DNA from: an uncultured Deinococcaceae bacterium
Lineage (GTDB): Bacteria > Deinococcota > Deinococci > Deinococcales > Deinococcaceae
Length of the DNA: 64,000 nt
Direction: 5' to 3'
NCBI GenBank assembly: GCA_964252075.1
Contig: CAXULY010000005.1
Span: forward strand, 1-64,000
Shown: positions 24,184 through 35,179 of the stretch, one piece after another
Layout of the letters: each line of letters opens with the position of its first letter
Numbering within the stretch: position 1 is the first letter of the stretch
Notes under the pieces: generated by a model
Told to the model about the DNA's origin: nothing
Seen by the model: only the letters and a program-made list of their open reading frames with translations
The model's database searches: none
Translations under genes and position numbers: made by a program

Positions 24184-26595
24184 ATGGATCGCCTGGAGGC
24201 CGCGCTGGCCACCCTGCACGGCATTTACGTGGTGCGGGTGAGCGCGCAGGGCCGCTACACCTCCGTCAGCCCGAACTTCCAGGCGGACATGGCGGGCGCC
24301 GCGGGCGCCCTCGTGGGCCAGCCCTTCACCGCGACGGTGCTGCCCGAGGATGTGGACGCCTGCCGGGACGCTGGGCAGGTGGCGCTGGCCTATCCCGGTC
24401 AGGTGGTGCCGGTGGTGCTGCGCAAGCTCGGGGCGGGCGGACGGGTGCACCACACCCGGTGGGCCTTCGTGGCGCACGAGAGCGGCGAGGAGGTGGTGTG
24501 CGCGGGCACCGACGTCACCCCGCGCTTCGCCGTGCAGGAGTTCACGCGCCGCCAGGAGCGCCTGCTGGCCCTGGTGGGGGACACCGTGGGCCGCGAGGAC
24601 GACGCGCTGGACGCCCTGCTGCACGCCGCGCTGGAAGGCCTACCGTTCGTGCAGGTGGCGGAACTGCACCTCATGGACGGTCCGCGGCGGGTGGTGCGCC
24701 GCTCCGGCACGCCCCCCGAGGCGGCGCACCGCCCACCGGGCGAACCCATCGAGCTCCTCACGGGCGAGCGCGCCGCCCAGATGCACGCGCGCCTGGACGT
24801 CACGCCGTCCGGCGCGCCACTGGTCCTCACCGCGCACGGCGAGCAGCTCTCGCCCCTCGCCCTGACCCTCGCGGGCAGCGGGCACCCCGGCGACCTCAGC
24901 GAACTGGACCTCGCCACGGCCGCCACCGTCACGGCCCTCGCGGGCGTGCTGCGCGACCGCTCGCGCCAGCGGCACGCCTACGCCGCCGGCCAGCAGCTGT
25001 TCACCACCCTGCTAGACCACCTCCCGGACCCCGTGAGCGTGGTGCGCTCCAGCGGCGCGCTTGTGTACGCGAACGCCGCGTGGCACGCCCTGACGGGCCA
25101 CCCCCGCACCGCCGGCCTCACCGTGCGCACGCTGCTGCACCCGCAGGACCAGCACCTCGTCCACGAGCGCCGGGAGGTGCCGCCGGGCAGCGCCAACGCG
25201 CCCACCGTGCAGCGCTGGCGGCGTGCCGACGGCACCTTCGTGGAGGTCGAGGAGCGCGGCCTGCGCGTCACCCTGCCCGGTATGGGCGGCGAACTGTACA
25301 TCAGCGTGGCGCGCGACCTCACCGCGCGCCGCGAGGCGCAAGCGCGCATCCGGCACCTCGCGTACCACGACGCGCTCACCGGTCTCGCCAACCGCCTGCA
25401 ACTGCGCGAAACGGTGGACGCGGCCCTGCACGGGCCCGCCGCGCTGGGCGTCACCCTGGCGCTGCTGGACCTCGACAACTTCAAGGAGTTCAACGACGCC
25501 TTCGGGCACCAGCACGGCGACGACCTGCTGATCGCCCTGGCGCGCGTGCTGAGCGCCGGCCTCCCGGACGGTGCGCTGGCCGCCCGGCTCGGCGGGGACG
25601 AGTTCGCGCTGCTGTTCCCGGACGCCACCCACGCCGAAGGCTGGCTGACCGCGCTCACGCAGCGGCTCGCGGCGCCCCTCACGGCGCGCGGGGCGAGCGT
25701 CACGCTGCAGGCGAGCATCGGGCTGGCGACCGCGCCGCGCGACGGGCAGGACTTCGACGCGCTGCTGCGCGCCGCCGATCTCGCCATGTACCGCGCCAAG
25801 GGCGCGCGCAGCGGCTGGGCGTGGGCCACCCCGCGGGACGCCGAGCCGCTGCGCCGCCGCTACGCGCTCGCCACCGACCTGCAGGTCGCGACCCAGCGCG
25901 GCGAGGTGGGGCTGGTGTTCCAGCCGGTCTGGACGCTGGACGGCGCGGTCGCCTTCGTGGAGGCGCTGGCGCGCTGGCACCACCCCACCCTCGGCCCGGT
26001 CCCGCCGGACGAGTTCATGCCGCTCGCCGAGGGGCACGGACTGGCGCGCGCCCTCGACCGGCACCTGCTGGCCCTTGCGCTGCACGCGGGCCGGGCGCGC
26101 CACTGCGCGGTGAGCGTGAACGTGGGCGCCGCCAGCCTCGCCCGCCCCGACTTCTCCGAGGACGTCCTGGCGGTACTGCGCGAGCAGCGCGCCGACCCGG
26201 GCGGCCTGCTGCTCGAACTCACGGAGCGCGACATGATCACCGAGAGCAGCGCCGCGCACCGGCACCTCGCGCGGCTGCGGGCATCCGGCGTGCGGCTGGC
26301 CCTCGACGACTTCGGCAGCGGCTTCGCGTCGCTGTCGTACCTGCAGCGCCTGCCGCTCGACCTGCTGAAACTGGACCGGGCGCTGATTGCGGGGCTGCCT
26401 GACCGACCGCGCGACGTCGCGCTGGTGCGCGGCGCCATCAGTATGGCGCACGCGCTCGGCCTGCAGGTGGTGGGGGAGGGCGTCGAGACCGCCGCGCAGT
26501 GGAGCTGCCTGCGCGACCTGGGCTGCGACCTCGTGCAGGGCTACCTGCTCGCTCGGCCCTCCCCGCTGGACCAGCTGGCCCTCGCGCACCACTGA
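24184..26595 (+). CDS. PAS-containing GGDEF-EAL diguanylate cyclase/phosphodiesterase
   Basis: HDALTGL, DLDNFK, GGDEF, EALARW, DDFGSG, EGVET, QGY. Confidence 0.9.
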   Translation: MDRLEAALATLHGIYVVRVSAQGRYTSVSPNFQADMAGAAGALVGQPFTATVLPEDVDACRDAGQVALAYPGQVVPVVLRKLGAGGRVHHTRWAFVAHESGEEVVCAGTDVTPRFAVQEFTRRQERLLALVGDTVGREDDALDALLHAALEGLPFVQVAELHLMDGPRRVVRRSGTPPEAAHRPPGEPIELLTGERAAQMHARLDVTPSGAPLVLTAHGEQLSPLALTLAGSGHPGDLSELDLATAATVTALAGVLRDRSRQRHAYAAGQQLFTTLLDHLPDPVSVVRSSGALVYANAAWHALTGHPRTAGLTVRTLLHPQDQHLVHERREVPPGSANAPTVQRWRRADGTFVEVEERGLRVTLPGMGGELYISVARDLTARREAQARIRHLAYHDALTGLANRLQLRETVDAALHGPAALGVTLALLDLDNFKEFNDAFGHQHGDDLLIALARVLSAGLPDGALAARLGGDEFALLFPDATHAEGWLTALTQRLAAPLTARGASVTLQASIGLATAPRDGQDFDALLRAADLAMYRAKGARSGWAWATPRDAEPLRRRYALATDLQVATQRGEVGLVFQPVWTLDGAVAFVEALARWHHPTLGPVPPDEFMPLAEGHGLARALDRHLLALALHAGRARHCAVSVNVGAASLARPDFSEDVLAVLREQRADPGGLLLELTERDMITESSAAHRHLARLRASGVRLALDDFGSGFASLSYLQRLPLDLLKLDRALIAGLPDRPRDVALVRGAISMAHALGLQVVGEGVETAAQWSCLRDLGCDLVQGYLLARPSPLDQLALAHH

Positions 26596-26674
26596 CTCCG
26601 AAGCAGCAGAACCGGCGGTTTCCGGGCCGGACAGGACCGCTGGGCGCAGGCCGCGGCTGACCAGCAACCTGGGA

Positions 26675-27442
26675 TCAGGCTTCCACGCCGGACGCCTGCC
26701 CCGCGCGCACCTCGATGGGCGCGTAGGGGGCCTCCTGATGCGCCTCCAGCTCGCCGCTCCGCACACCCTCCAGCAGCGCCGTGAAGTACGTGGTGCGCTC
26801 CCCCCAGTCGCGCGCGGGCACGCTGTTCAGACCGAACTGCACGAGGCGCCCCGCGAAGGCACGCAGCGCGACCAGGGCGTCCTTGAGGCTCAGGCGTTCG
26901 CGCGCCAGGAGCGGCACCTCCACCTCACGCACGGCGTTGCGCGCCGCCGCCACCAGCTTGCTGAGGCTCGTGCCCGCTGGTCGGCGCGGTCGGCGCGGCA
27001 GGCCCAGGTCCATGGCCCGCGCCGGAATGAGGCCCTCGCGCTCCCGGCGGCGCTGCGCTAGGAACGCCACCAGCTGATCCAGTTCCGCCAGCGCCTCCAC
27101 GCCCGACAGCACATCGTCCGGCTCCGGCTCATCCAGTTCGGGCAGGTCCTCCACGGGTGGGCGCGGCAGCAGCAGGCGCGCCTTGAGCGCCACCACCGCC
27201 GCCATGGGCGGCAGCAGCTCCGCCTCCAGGGCGCCCAGCGGCCCCGCGAGCGGCCCGCGCAGCACCTGAACGCGCGCCAGCACCTCGCGCGTCAGGGTCA
27301 GCAGCGGCACCTCGCCGGGCAGCACACGGCCCGCGCGCAGCGCCAGCGCCAGCTCCCCCAGGCTGCCCGAGAAGACGGGCGGCGCCTCGGGTGCGTGCGG
27401 GGCGTGCAGCGTGACGCGGTGCGGCTCATGCGGGGAACTCAT
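26675..27442 (-). CDS. scpA: Segregation and condensation protein A
   Basis: FSGSL, LKARLLLP, FTALLE, Q..PYAPI; next to trpS. Confidence 0.75.
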   Translation of the reverse strand: MSSPHEPHRVTLHAPHAPEAPPVFSGSLGELALALRAGRVLPGEVPLLTLTREVLARVQVLRGPLAGPLGALEAELLPPMAAVVALKARLLLPRPPVEDLPELDEPEPDDVLSGVEALAELDQLVAFLAQRRREREGLIPARAMDLGLPRRPRRPAGTSLSKLVAAARNAVREVEVPLLARERLSLKDALVALRAFAGRLVQFGLNSVPARDWGERTTYFTALLEGVRSGELEAHQEAPYAPIEVRAGQASGVEA

Positions 27443-27447
27443 GGGCG

Positions 27448-28440
27448 TCAGGGCTTGTAGAACCCGACCTTCGCGCGCACTTCCTCCATCACGGGCGCCG
27501 CGATCGCGTGCGCCTCGCGGGCCCCGTACTCCAGCGCGCCCCGCACGTGGTCCGGCTGCGCGCGCAGCTCACCCGCGCGCGCCTGAATGGGCGTGAGCGT
27601 CCGCTCGATGCCGGGCATCAGGCGCTTCTTGCAGTCCACGCAGCCGATACCCGCCGTGCGGCACCCCTCGTACACCTCCAGGATGGTGCCCTCGTCGCTG
27701 AAGAGCTTGTGGTAATCCCCGACCAGGCACTTCTCCGGATCGCCGGGGTCCGTGCGGCGCACGCGCGCCGGATCGGTGGGCGCCACACGCAACTTCGCCC
27801 AGATGCTGTCCATGCCCTCGAACAGCCCGATGGTGTTCCCCTTGGACTTGCTCATCTTGCCGTTGCCGTCCACGCCCGGCACGCGCAGCGCCTCGCGCTG
27901 CAGCACCGCCTTCGGCTCCGGGAAGGTCTCTCCGTAATGGTGGTTGAAGCGCCGCGCGATCTCCCGCGCCAGCTCAATGTGCTGCACCTGATCCTCACCC
28001 ACTGGCACGGTGTCCGCCTTGTACAGCAGGATGTCCGCCGCCTGCAGCACCGGGTACATCAGCAGGCCCGCCGGGATGCTCTCCAGCTTCCCCGCCTTGT
28101 CCTTGTACTGCGTCATGCGTTCCAGCTCACCCACCGGCGTGCTGAGCGTAAAAATCCAGCTCAGCTCGCTGTGCTCGCGCACCTGCGACTGCACGAAGAA
28201 CACCACCCGCTCAGGGTCGAGGCCCACCGCGAGGTTCGCGAGCGCCATCTCGAAGGTCAGCGCGGACAAGGTGTCCTTGTCGTACGCGACGGGATTGGTG
28301 GGCGCGTGCAGGTCCACGATGCAGTAGATGGCGTTCTTGCCGTACTGCTCACCGAGCCGCACGTAATTCTGCATGGCCCCGAAATAATTGCCGATGTGCG
28401 GCTCACCCGTCGGCTGAATGCCGCTGAAAACGCGCGTCAT
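27448..28440 (-). CDS. trpS: Tryptophan--tRNA ligase
   Basis: HIGN, YPVLQAADIL, VPVGEDQ, KMSKS. Confidence 0.97.
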   Translation of the reverse strand: MTRVFSGIQPTGEPHIGNYFGAMQNYVRLGEQYGKNAIYCIVDLHAPTNPVAYDKDTLSALTFEMALANLAVGLDPERVVFFVQSQVREHSELSWIFTLSTPVGELERMTQYKDKAGKLESIPAGLLMYPVLQAADILLYKADTVPVGEDQVQHIELAREIARRFNHHYGETFPEPKAVLQREALRVPGVDGNGKMSKSKGNTIGLFEGMDSIWAKLRVAPTDPARVRRTDPGDPEKCLVGDYHKLFSDEGTILEVYEGCRTAGIGCVDCKKRLMPGIERTLTPIQARAGELRAQPDHVRGALEYGAREAHAIAAPVMEEVRAKVGFYKP

Positions 28441-28478
28441 AACGCCCGATTATAGGGCAGCGCCACGCGGAGCCTCCC

Positions 28479-29405
28479 TCAGTGCAGGAACGCCAGCGCG
28501 AGCGCGTTGAAGCGCTCCGCCGACTCGTCATTCGGGATGGCGCGCCCCGGCAGGACCACCACCGGCACGTCCGGACGCAACCGCTGGAAGGCCGCCGCGC
28601 CACTCGCGGGCGTGTTCACGTCATCACTGCCCCACACGATGCTCGCGGGCTGCGTCGTGGTGGGCCAGTCCCGCCCCAGTGGGTCGTTCAGCCACCCCGC
28701 GATGAAGGCGTACACCGGGTACTCCTTGTTCGCACTCGCGAGGTTCTCCACGTACACCCGCGTCACGTCCGGCGTCACCTCCGCGCGGTTCAGGTACACC
28801 TGGTTGTTCAGGAAGTAATTTACGCCCACGCTGGTGCGCAGGAACGCCGCGATGGCCGGGCCGACGGGACCATTCACGAAGCTCCGGTACAGCGTCTGGT
28901 TGGGCGGCGCGTTCAGCCGCTCCAGGCCGCTGGGGGAGACCAGCAGCATCCGGGTGACGAGCGCGGGGCGCTGCGCGGCCACCGTGACGGTGTAGGCCGC
29001 CCCCAGGCTGCTCGCCACCACCGCCGCCGGTCGCCCCACCACCCCACCCAGGAAGGCGCTGATGGTGTTCGCGTAGAGGTTCCCGGTGTAGGCTTTCGCC
29101 TCGGCGGGGCTGCGCCCGAAACCCGGCAGGTCCAGCACGTACACGGTGTGCTCGCGCGCCAGCGCCTCCGTGTTGCGCCGCCACTGAAAGCCGGAGTTGC
29201 CGCCCCCCACGCCGTGCACCAGCAGCACCGGGCTGCCCGCGCCACCCACCTCGTAATACACCCGCTCGCCATTCACGGACGCGAAGGCGCTCCCCGTCAT
29301 GCCCGGCAGGCGCGGCGGGGGCGCGGCGCCTGCGTCGAGTTGCGCGCGCGGCGCGCAGGCGGCCAGCAGCAGGGCGGCGAACAGCGGGGTCAGGCGTGAC
29401 TGCAT
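28479..29405 (-). CDS. Alpha/beta-hydrolase fold lipoprotein
   Basis: LAAC lipobox, LVHG, DLPGFGRS, ASSLG. Confidence 0.8.
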   Translation of the reverse strand: MQSRLTPLFAALLLAACAPRAQLDAGAAPPPRLPGMTGSAFASVNGERVYYEVGGAGSPVLLVHGVGGGNSGFQWRRNTEALAREHTVYVLDLPGFGRSPAEAKAYTGNLYANTISAFLGGVVGRPAAVVASSLGAAYTVTVAAQRPALVTRMLLVSPSGLERLNAPPNQTLYRSFVNGPVGPAIAAFLRTSVGVNYFLNNQVYLNRAEVTPDVTRVYVENLASANKEYPVYAFIAGWLNDPLGRDWPTTTQPASIVWGSDDVNTPASGAAAFQRLRPDVPVVVLPGRAIPNDESAERFNALALAFLH

Positions 29406-29461
29406 GCCCCCAGCATCCCGGGCGAACGGTCGCGCTTCCGTGCGGGTGGATACCGAACCCA

Positions 29462-29500
29462 GCGTGAGGGGGGCGAGCGGACGCTCGCCCCCCTCACGCC
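29462..29500. terminator. GC hairpin downstream of ychF
   Basis: GCGTGAGGGGGGCGAGCG-GA-CGCTCGCCCCCCTCACGC. Confidence 0.65.
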
Positions 29501-29505
29501 GCGAC

Positions 29506-30603
29506 TCACATGTTGTGCAGCACGTTCATGATGTCGCCGTCCTTCATGACGTACTCCTTGCCTTCCGTGCGCACCCAGCCCTTGGCTTTCGCGGGCGCCC
29601 AGCCGCCCGCCTCCACCATCTTGTCCCACTCGATCACCTCAGCGCGAATGAAGCCGCGCTCCAGGTCGCTGTGAATCTCCCCCGCCGCCTCCGGGGCCTT
29701 CTCGCCCGCCCGGATGGTCCAGGCGCGCACCTCCTTCTCCCCCGATGTGATGAACGTGATGAGGCCCAGCGTGCTGTACCCCACCTTCACCAGCTGATCC
29801 AGGCCGCTCTCCTGCACGCCCAGCTCCTGCAGGAACTCCCGCGCCTCCGCCTCCGGCATCTCCGCGAGTTCGCCCTCAATCTGCGCGCTGATCTTCACGA
29901 CCTGCGCGTCCTCGTGCGCCGCGTACTCCCGCACCTGACGGACGTAGACGTTGTCCTCCGTGAGGTCCCCCTCACCGACATTCGCCACATAAATGACGGG
30001 CTTCGTGGTGATCAGCCCGAAATCCTTCGGAATGCGCCCCTCCACCTGCGCGGCCCGCGCGGGCTGACCCGCCCCCAGCACCTGAATGATCGCCTCCGCG
30101 ATTTCCAGCTGCTCGCGCGCCTCCTTGTCTCCACCCTTCGCTTTCTTCGTGAGGCCCGTCACGCGCTTCTCCAGACCCGCGAGGTCCGCGAGGATCAGCT
30201 CCGTGTTGATGGTCTCGATGTCATCCAGGGGATCCACGCGCCCCGCCACGTGAATGACGTTGCCGTCCTCGAAGCAGCGCACCACGTGCGCGATGGCGTC
30301 CACCTCCCGGATGTTCGCGAGGAACTGATTTCCCAGCCCCTCACCCTGACTCGCGCCCTTCACGAGGCCCGCGATGTCCACGAACTCCACGAACGTCGGA
30401 ATGACAGGCGGCACCCGCTCACCCTTCGTGAACACCCGCTGCAGCGCCGTCAGGCGCTCATCCGGCACGGTCACGCGCCCCACATTCGGCTCAATGGTGG
30501 CGAACGGGTAATTCGCGGCGAGCGCGCCCGCTCGCGTGATGGCATTAAACAGCGTGGACTTGCCCACATTCGGCAAGCCGACAATTCCGATACTCAGGCT
30601 CAA
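29506..30603 (-). CDS. ychF: Redox-regulated ATPase YchF
   Basis: GLPNVGKST, NYPFATIEPN, DIAGLV, TGS domain. Confidence 0.96.
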   Translation of the reverse strand: MSLSIGIVGLPNVGKSTLFNAITRAGALAANYPFATIEPNVGRVTVPDERLTALQRVFTKGERVPPVIPTFVEFVDIAGLVKGASQGEGLGNQFLANIREVDAIAHVVRCFEDGNVIHVAGRVDPLDDIETINTELILADLAGLEKRVTGLTKKAKGGDKEAREQLEIAEAIIQVLGAGQPARAAQVEGRIPKDFGLITTKPVIYVANVGEGDLTEDNVYVRQVREYAAHEDAQVVKISAQIEGELAEMPEAEAREFLQELGVQESGLDQLVKVGYSTLGLITFITSGEKEVRAWTIRAGEKAPEAAGEIHSDLERGFIRAEVIEWDKMVEAGGWAPAKAKGWVRTEGKEYVMKDGDIMNVLHNM

Positions 30604-31268
30604 CTTGAAACAGCTCCCAGGCTCAACATACTAGTGAGTTTAGCGCGAGGCGGTAGGACGTCCGAGCATCATGCCCTGCTGGTATCGGCTGGCGAGTGTG
30701 ACGGTGACAAGGGCAAGCAGCGGCTATCGTTGTAAGGGTTCTTTCTAGAGCGGTGCAACGCGAAGTAGATAACTGCATGCCAATAGTCGCGTCATTTTAA
30801 GGACCAATGGTCAGCCCTGTTTTTCAATCACCCAGTCTCAGCGGCTCGCGCGGTGCTCAACAGTGTTACTCTCTCGAGTCACCGACATCTGTCCTTCTGA
30901 GTTGGAACCCGAGCCTACTGGTCGAAAGACCGCGGAGCGCGTACTGCCCCGTATTGGGATGACCCGTTGTGCGGGATTGTCAGTTCGTTGCACCCTTTCT
31001 GGACCGCCGCTTGCAAAGCCACCTCATCCTCTTGCGTAGAGGGATGACGACTTTGCGCCGTTCCAATGTGCAGCTGAAAACACAACTGAAGGTCACGATG
31101 TTATCAATTCGCCGTGAGGTAGCTGCTGGCCCTGGCTTGGTGGGTCTTCTAAACCTTGTCTAAGCTAAAGGGTTCATACGCGGCTCGTAGGCAGATGCAC
31201 TCATTGCAGCGCTGCAGCAGGACACTCGTGACCCCTGCATTCATGTCTGTGTGTAAGCTAAGAAAAGA

Positions 31269-32906
31269 ATGGCAAAGTCTCAGCTTCGCTTCGGTGCCCT
31301 CTTGCTTGGTACCCTCCTTCTCGCCGCCTGCGGCCAGACCACCCCCCCCACACCCACTCCCATCCCGCCACCCCCGCCCACCAACCCAAGCCCCACCCCC
31401 GCACCGCCGACACCCATCGTCAACCTCCCCGGCGCGTTCAGCTTCCCGACCCTCCACACCGCCCCCAACGTCCTCGTGACCAGCGCGCCCATCATCGTCA
31501 TGGGCCTCCAGCAGGCCACCGTCATCACCGCCTCCTCCGGCACGCTCCTGATCAACGGCCAGGCGGTTAGCGGTCCCGTCACCGTCAACAACGGCGACAC
31601 CGTTCAGGTGCAGCTGCGCTCCAGCCCCACCCGCGGCGAGCAGGTCAGCAGCACGGTCGCCATCGGGCTGTACAACGCCACCTTCACGCTCATCTCCGAC
31701 CAGAGCCCCGACCAGATCACCCCCCAGGACCCGCACGCGCAGCCGGGTGAGGTGGTGCACCTCAGCACCACCGCGAACCCGTCGCTGGGCCTGACGTGGG
31801 CCGTGACGTGTACCGACCTGAACGGCAACGCCCTGACCGGCAGCAGCTGCGGCACCCTGACGGTGCTGGACCCGCAACACGCGGACTTCACGGCCAGCGA
31901 CAGCGGCGCGTACACCATTACCCTGGTGGACGGCGGTGGGCAGGTGGTGTCCTCCACGGTCGTCACCGTCGCCCCACAGGTGCGCGACAAGGACCTCTGG
32001 TTCAGCGGCTATTTCAGTAATCCTGCGCTGGGAGCATACTTCCCGACGGTGGGGTACTCGTCGGGGAATCAGCGCACGGGGGACACGCCCGACCTGCGCC
32101 CCACACCCGGCCCAGCGATCAACTCCCTCAGCTACGGCCTGGCGTTCGACCGGAGTGGCAACCTGTGGGTCAGCCTGACCAGCCGCAGCCAGGTGGTGGA
32201 GTTCAGCAAGGCCAGCCTGAACAGCGCCGCTCCAACCCCCATCGCCACCCTCGACGCGCCCGTCCCCACCGGACTGGCGTTCGACCAGACGGGCAACCTG
32301 CTGGTCGCCAGCCCCACCGGCACCCTCCGCCGCTTCCCGGTGAGCCAGCTGCACACGGGCGGCACGCCGAACGTCACCTTCCCGCTGCCCGGCCAGGTGT
32401 ACGGCATGGCGTTCGACCGTGCGCGCAACCTGTGGCTGAGCAACTACGCAGGCGGCCGGCTCTTCGCGTTCACGGCGGCGCAACTGAACGCCGCGAGCGC
32501 CTCGGCGCCCAAGGTCCTGAAGGCCGCGGGCGTTCAATTCCCCTTGGGCGTGGCGTTCGATGGGCAGGGGAACCTGTGGACGGCCAACCTCGATCAGCAG
32601 ACGGTGACGCGCTTCGACGCGGCGAGCCTGAACGAGCCGGACGGCGCCACCATCGCCCCTGGGCGCACCATCACCACGCCGGGCGTGTACGGGTTCGGAC
32701 TGGCCTTCGACCTCAAGGGCAACCTCTGGACCTCCAGCTTTGTCAGAAACGCCACGGCCGATGCGGCGATCCGCCTGCCTGCCGCTCAGTTGGTGGGCAG
32801 CGGCACCGCTGAGGCCACGCCTACGGGCACCCTCAAATCGGAACCGCAGGACTTCTATTTCGCGGGCATCGCGTTCTCGAACGGCATCGCCTTCCGCGGC
32901 TACTGA
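31269..32906 (+). CDS. Lipoprotein with a Pro-rich stalk, Ig-like beta domains and an NHL/Vgb-like beta-propeller
   Basis: LAAC lipobox, PTPTPIPPPPP linker, repeated G(L/M/V)AFD..(G/R)NL(W/L) blades. Confidence 0.8.
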   Translation: MAKSQLRFGALLLGTLLLAACGQTTPPTPTPIPPPPPTNPSPTPAPPTPIVNLPGAFSFPTLHTAPNVLVTSAPIIVMGLQQATVITASSGTLLINGQAVSGPVTVNNGDTVQVQLRSSPTRGEQVSSTVAIGLYNATFTLISDQSPDQITPQDPHAQPGEVVHLSTTANPSLGLTWAVTCTDLNGNALTGSSCGTLTVLDPQHADFTASDSGAYTITLVDGGGQVVSSTVVTVAPQVRDKDLWFSGYFSNPALGAYFPTVGYSSGNQRTGDTPDLRPTPGPAINSLSYGLAFDRSGNLWVSLTSRSQVVEFSKASLNSAAPTPIATLDAPVPTGLAFDQTGNLLVASPTGTLRRFPVSQLHTGGTPNVTFPLPGQVYGMAFDRARNLWLSNYAGGRLFAFTAAQLNAASASAPKVLKAAGVQFPLGVAFDGQGNLWTANLDQQTVTRFDAASLNEPDGATIAPGRTITTPGVYGFGLAFDLKGNLWTSSFVRNATADAAIRLPAAQLVGSGTAEATPTGTLKSEPQDFYFAGIAFSNGIAFRGY

Positions 32907-32917
32907 ATCAACGCAAA

Positions 32918-32951
32918 CGCCCCCACCCGCCCTTAGGCGGGTGGGGGCGCT
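32918..32951. terminator. Terminator hairpin
   Basis: GCCCCCACCCGCC-CTTA-GGCGGGTGGGGGC. Confidence 0.75.
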
Positions 32952-33465
32952 TCGCATGTGATCAGCGGAGTTCGGCGATCCTCAGGTTGCGTTTACAGGT
33001 GCAGCGGAACTTCTCAATGGTGCTTTCCCATGAGCCTTGCTGCCACACGGGCCATGTGTCGCGACCGCCTTTGCGCCAGTACACGATGTGGCCTCATGGG
33101 TGATGCCGGGAGCGCCACTCAAGACCACAGGCGCACGTGACCGTGTTCATCAAGCTGAGGACAATGGGTCTGCCCTAAGCCATAGACAAAAAATGCTGGC
33201 TGACCTACTTGTCAGGTATGAAAGTAACGCCGCTAGGCCGCTCGTCATGCAGCATTGATCTTGAATGGCAGCGATGTGACGCACATCGCAATCTGCAACA
33301 CGTTTGTCGTTCCATCGCTTTTATCACGTGCCAGGAGTACGGCAGGTGCTCCCTGAAGCAGGGTGGCGCTGCGAGCCGCGTTCCCTCAAGCGTGCCGTGG
33401 GCATCGTGTCATGGGGGTGACATGCTCACACCAGATTTGACGGGTGAATGCGCCCGGGGAGAGCC

Positions 33466-34030
33466 ATGGAGAAACGATTGATCATGCCCGCCCTCGCCCT
33501 GACGCTTGCCACTCGCAGCAACCCCAGCACCGGGCGACTCATCAACGTTTCCGGCAGTGGGCAGGTACCCTCAGACCCACGAACACACCCGTCAACCTGC
33601 AAATCGTCTATGGGGCTGGCCTCAACGACATCACGGGCACCCCCTTCCACCAGGATGACACCGGCGCTTTGACTGGCTCACTCAGGACCGGTGGGCTAGC
33701 TGTTGGGTTCAAAACGGCGCTGCGACAACTATCACGGAGGCCTTCACTGCCGTGACACACAAGGGTAACTTTCAACTGGGGGGCCCTTTTCGTCCGTTCA
33801 GCTTCACTCAATTTCAGTGAGAGCGCCACCGTTTTGCCCGGCGAATTCGAATGGGAGGAGCCAAAAAGCCACAGATCTTCCCCGTCATCGCTATTGCGCT
33901 CGTGGTTCGTTCCAGCTCGGCCTCGGGTGGCAAGGTCGATGACGTGACAGGCACCGAGCAGAGAACACTCAGCAGTGTCATCATTAATGGCGACCTTCAA
34001 TTCATCTCAGTCCGATCCGGTAATGCCGTG
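33466..34030 (+). pseudogene. Decayed lipoprotein gene; right end approximate
   Basis: MEKRLIMPALALTLA signal-like start without a lipobox Cys; protein-like beta-rich segments continue in other frames. Confidence 0.45.
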
Positions 34031-34446
34031 CCCGGCAAGCTGTGCACCGAGTTCAAAGAGCAACTGTTCGATGGACGCGGCCTACAAGCGGAACGCGAGA
34101 CGGCAACACCTTCCATCTCACAGCGCACCCCACTTCACAGGAGGCCTGCTCATTTATCGCTTGGTGTACGGCAACAGGTACGCAGGGGTGGCGATGCGCA
34201 CCCTCGCTAGGTACAGGACGCCACGTTCAACCTTCGGAAGCAATGAGTGCACGTCAGATTTGACAGGGGAGGGGGAAGACGTGGTCAGAATTGGTCTGCC
34301 ACAATGAACCGACGTCCGCAGTGCCTCCTTTCTTTCCCGTTTCGACCGTATACCGGAATCATCGCAGAACCCACCCGAAACACGGCGAAGACGCTCGCCT
34401 CGATAACGGATTCGGCGGTGGACATCGTCATGCCGTAGGAGGAACC

Positions 34447-35001
34447 ATGGCACGCATCTTGCTGCTCTTCGTTCTCGCCGCTGGTCTGGTCGCGTGCTCT
34501 TCTGGGCCAGACGCCATCACGCTCGCGTCGACACCTGTCCCCACACCTAGAGGAACCACAGATCCACTGCCCTTGCCGAATCCCAACCCTCACCCAACCA
34601 CTCCTCGCCCACACGGAACCTACGTTGGGGAACTGCAGATCAGTGGCCTGCCCTTCACTCAACTGCGCATCAACTTCGATGCAACGGCCGACTCAGCGGC
34701 GGTTGCGGTCGCGCTCGGCACGCCCGGGAACCAGTTCTTCAGGCAAGCTGATGGTACCGTGAGCTTCAACACCACCACGCGGCAGGTCGCTGTGCAATTC
34801 CAGGGGTCACTGCCAGATTGCTCCGTCGGTCATACCTTCTCCTTCTATGGACGCCTGGATACTGCCACGAACCGCATCACTGGCAAGGTGTTCAGTCCAG
34901 ACGACCCCCTCAGCAACCCAGGAACCGCCACGCTGACGCCCACCGATCAGGTAACGCCCGAAATGCTGTGCACTGATGCATTAGTTGAAGGAACGCAGTG
35001 A
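34447..35001 (+). CDS. Hypothetical lipoprotein with a Pro-rich linker
   Basis: RBS AGGAGG; MARILLLFVLAAGLVAC lipobox. Confidence 0.75.
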   Translation: MARILLLFVLAAGLVACSSGPDAITLASTPVPTPRGTTDPLPLPNPNPHPTTPRPHGTYVGELQISGLPFTQLRINFDATADSAAVAVALGTPGNQFFRQADGTVSFNTTTRQVAVQFQGSLPDCSVGHTFSFYGRLDTATNRITGKVFSPDDPLSNPGTATLTPTDQVTPEMLCTDALVEGTQ

Positions 35002-35179
35002 CGCCAGCAACGCACATTCCACGCTCACTGCGTGGGGAAAACATCATCGCTTTCCATAACAGTAACAGCACCGTGCAGGCGTAGTTCCGGCCGACGCGAC
35101 AAGCTTGCCTTGGAAGAAGTCGTGTCTGACGTCCAGCGCTGTGAATCACAGCAAGTACGGTCTCCCAGCAGGAGGTCAC

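Noticed and set aside
30595..30633. 9-codon uORF overlapping the ychF TTG start, and a duplicated GTTGAGCCTG
   Set aside because: The uORF ATG lies within the probable -10 box (TAGTAT), so it is unlikely to be transcribed; a 10-bp repeat is too short to interpret.
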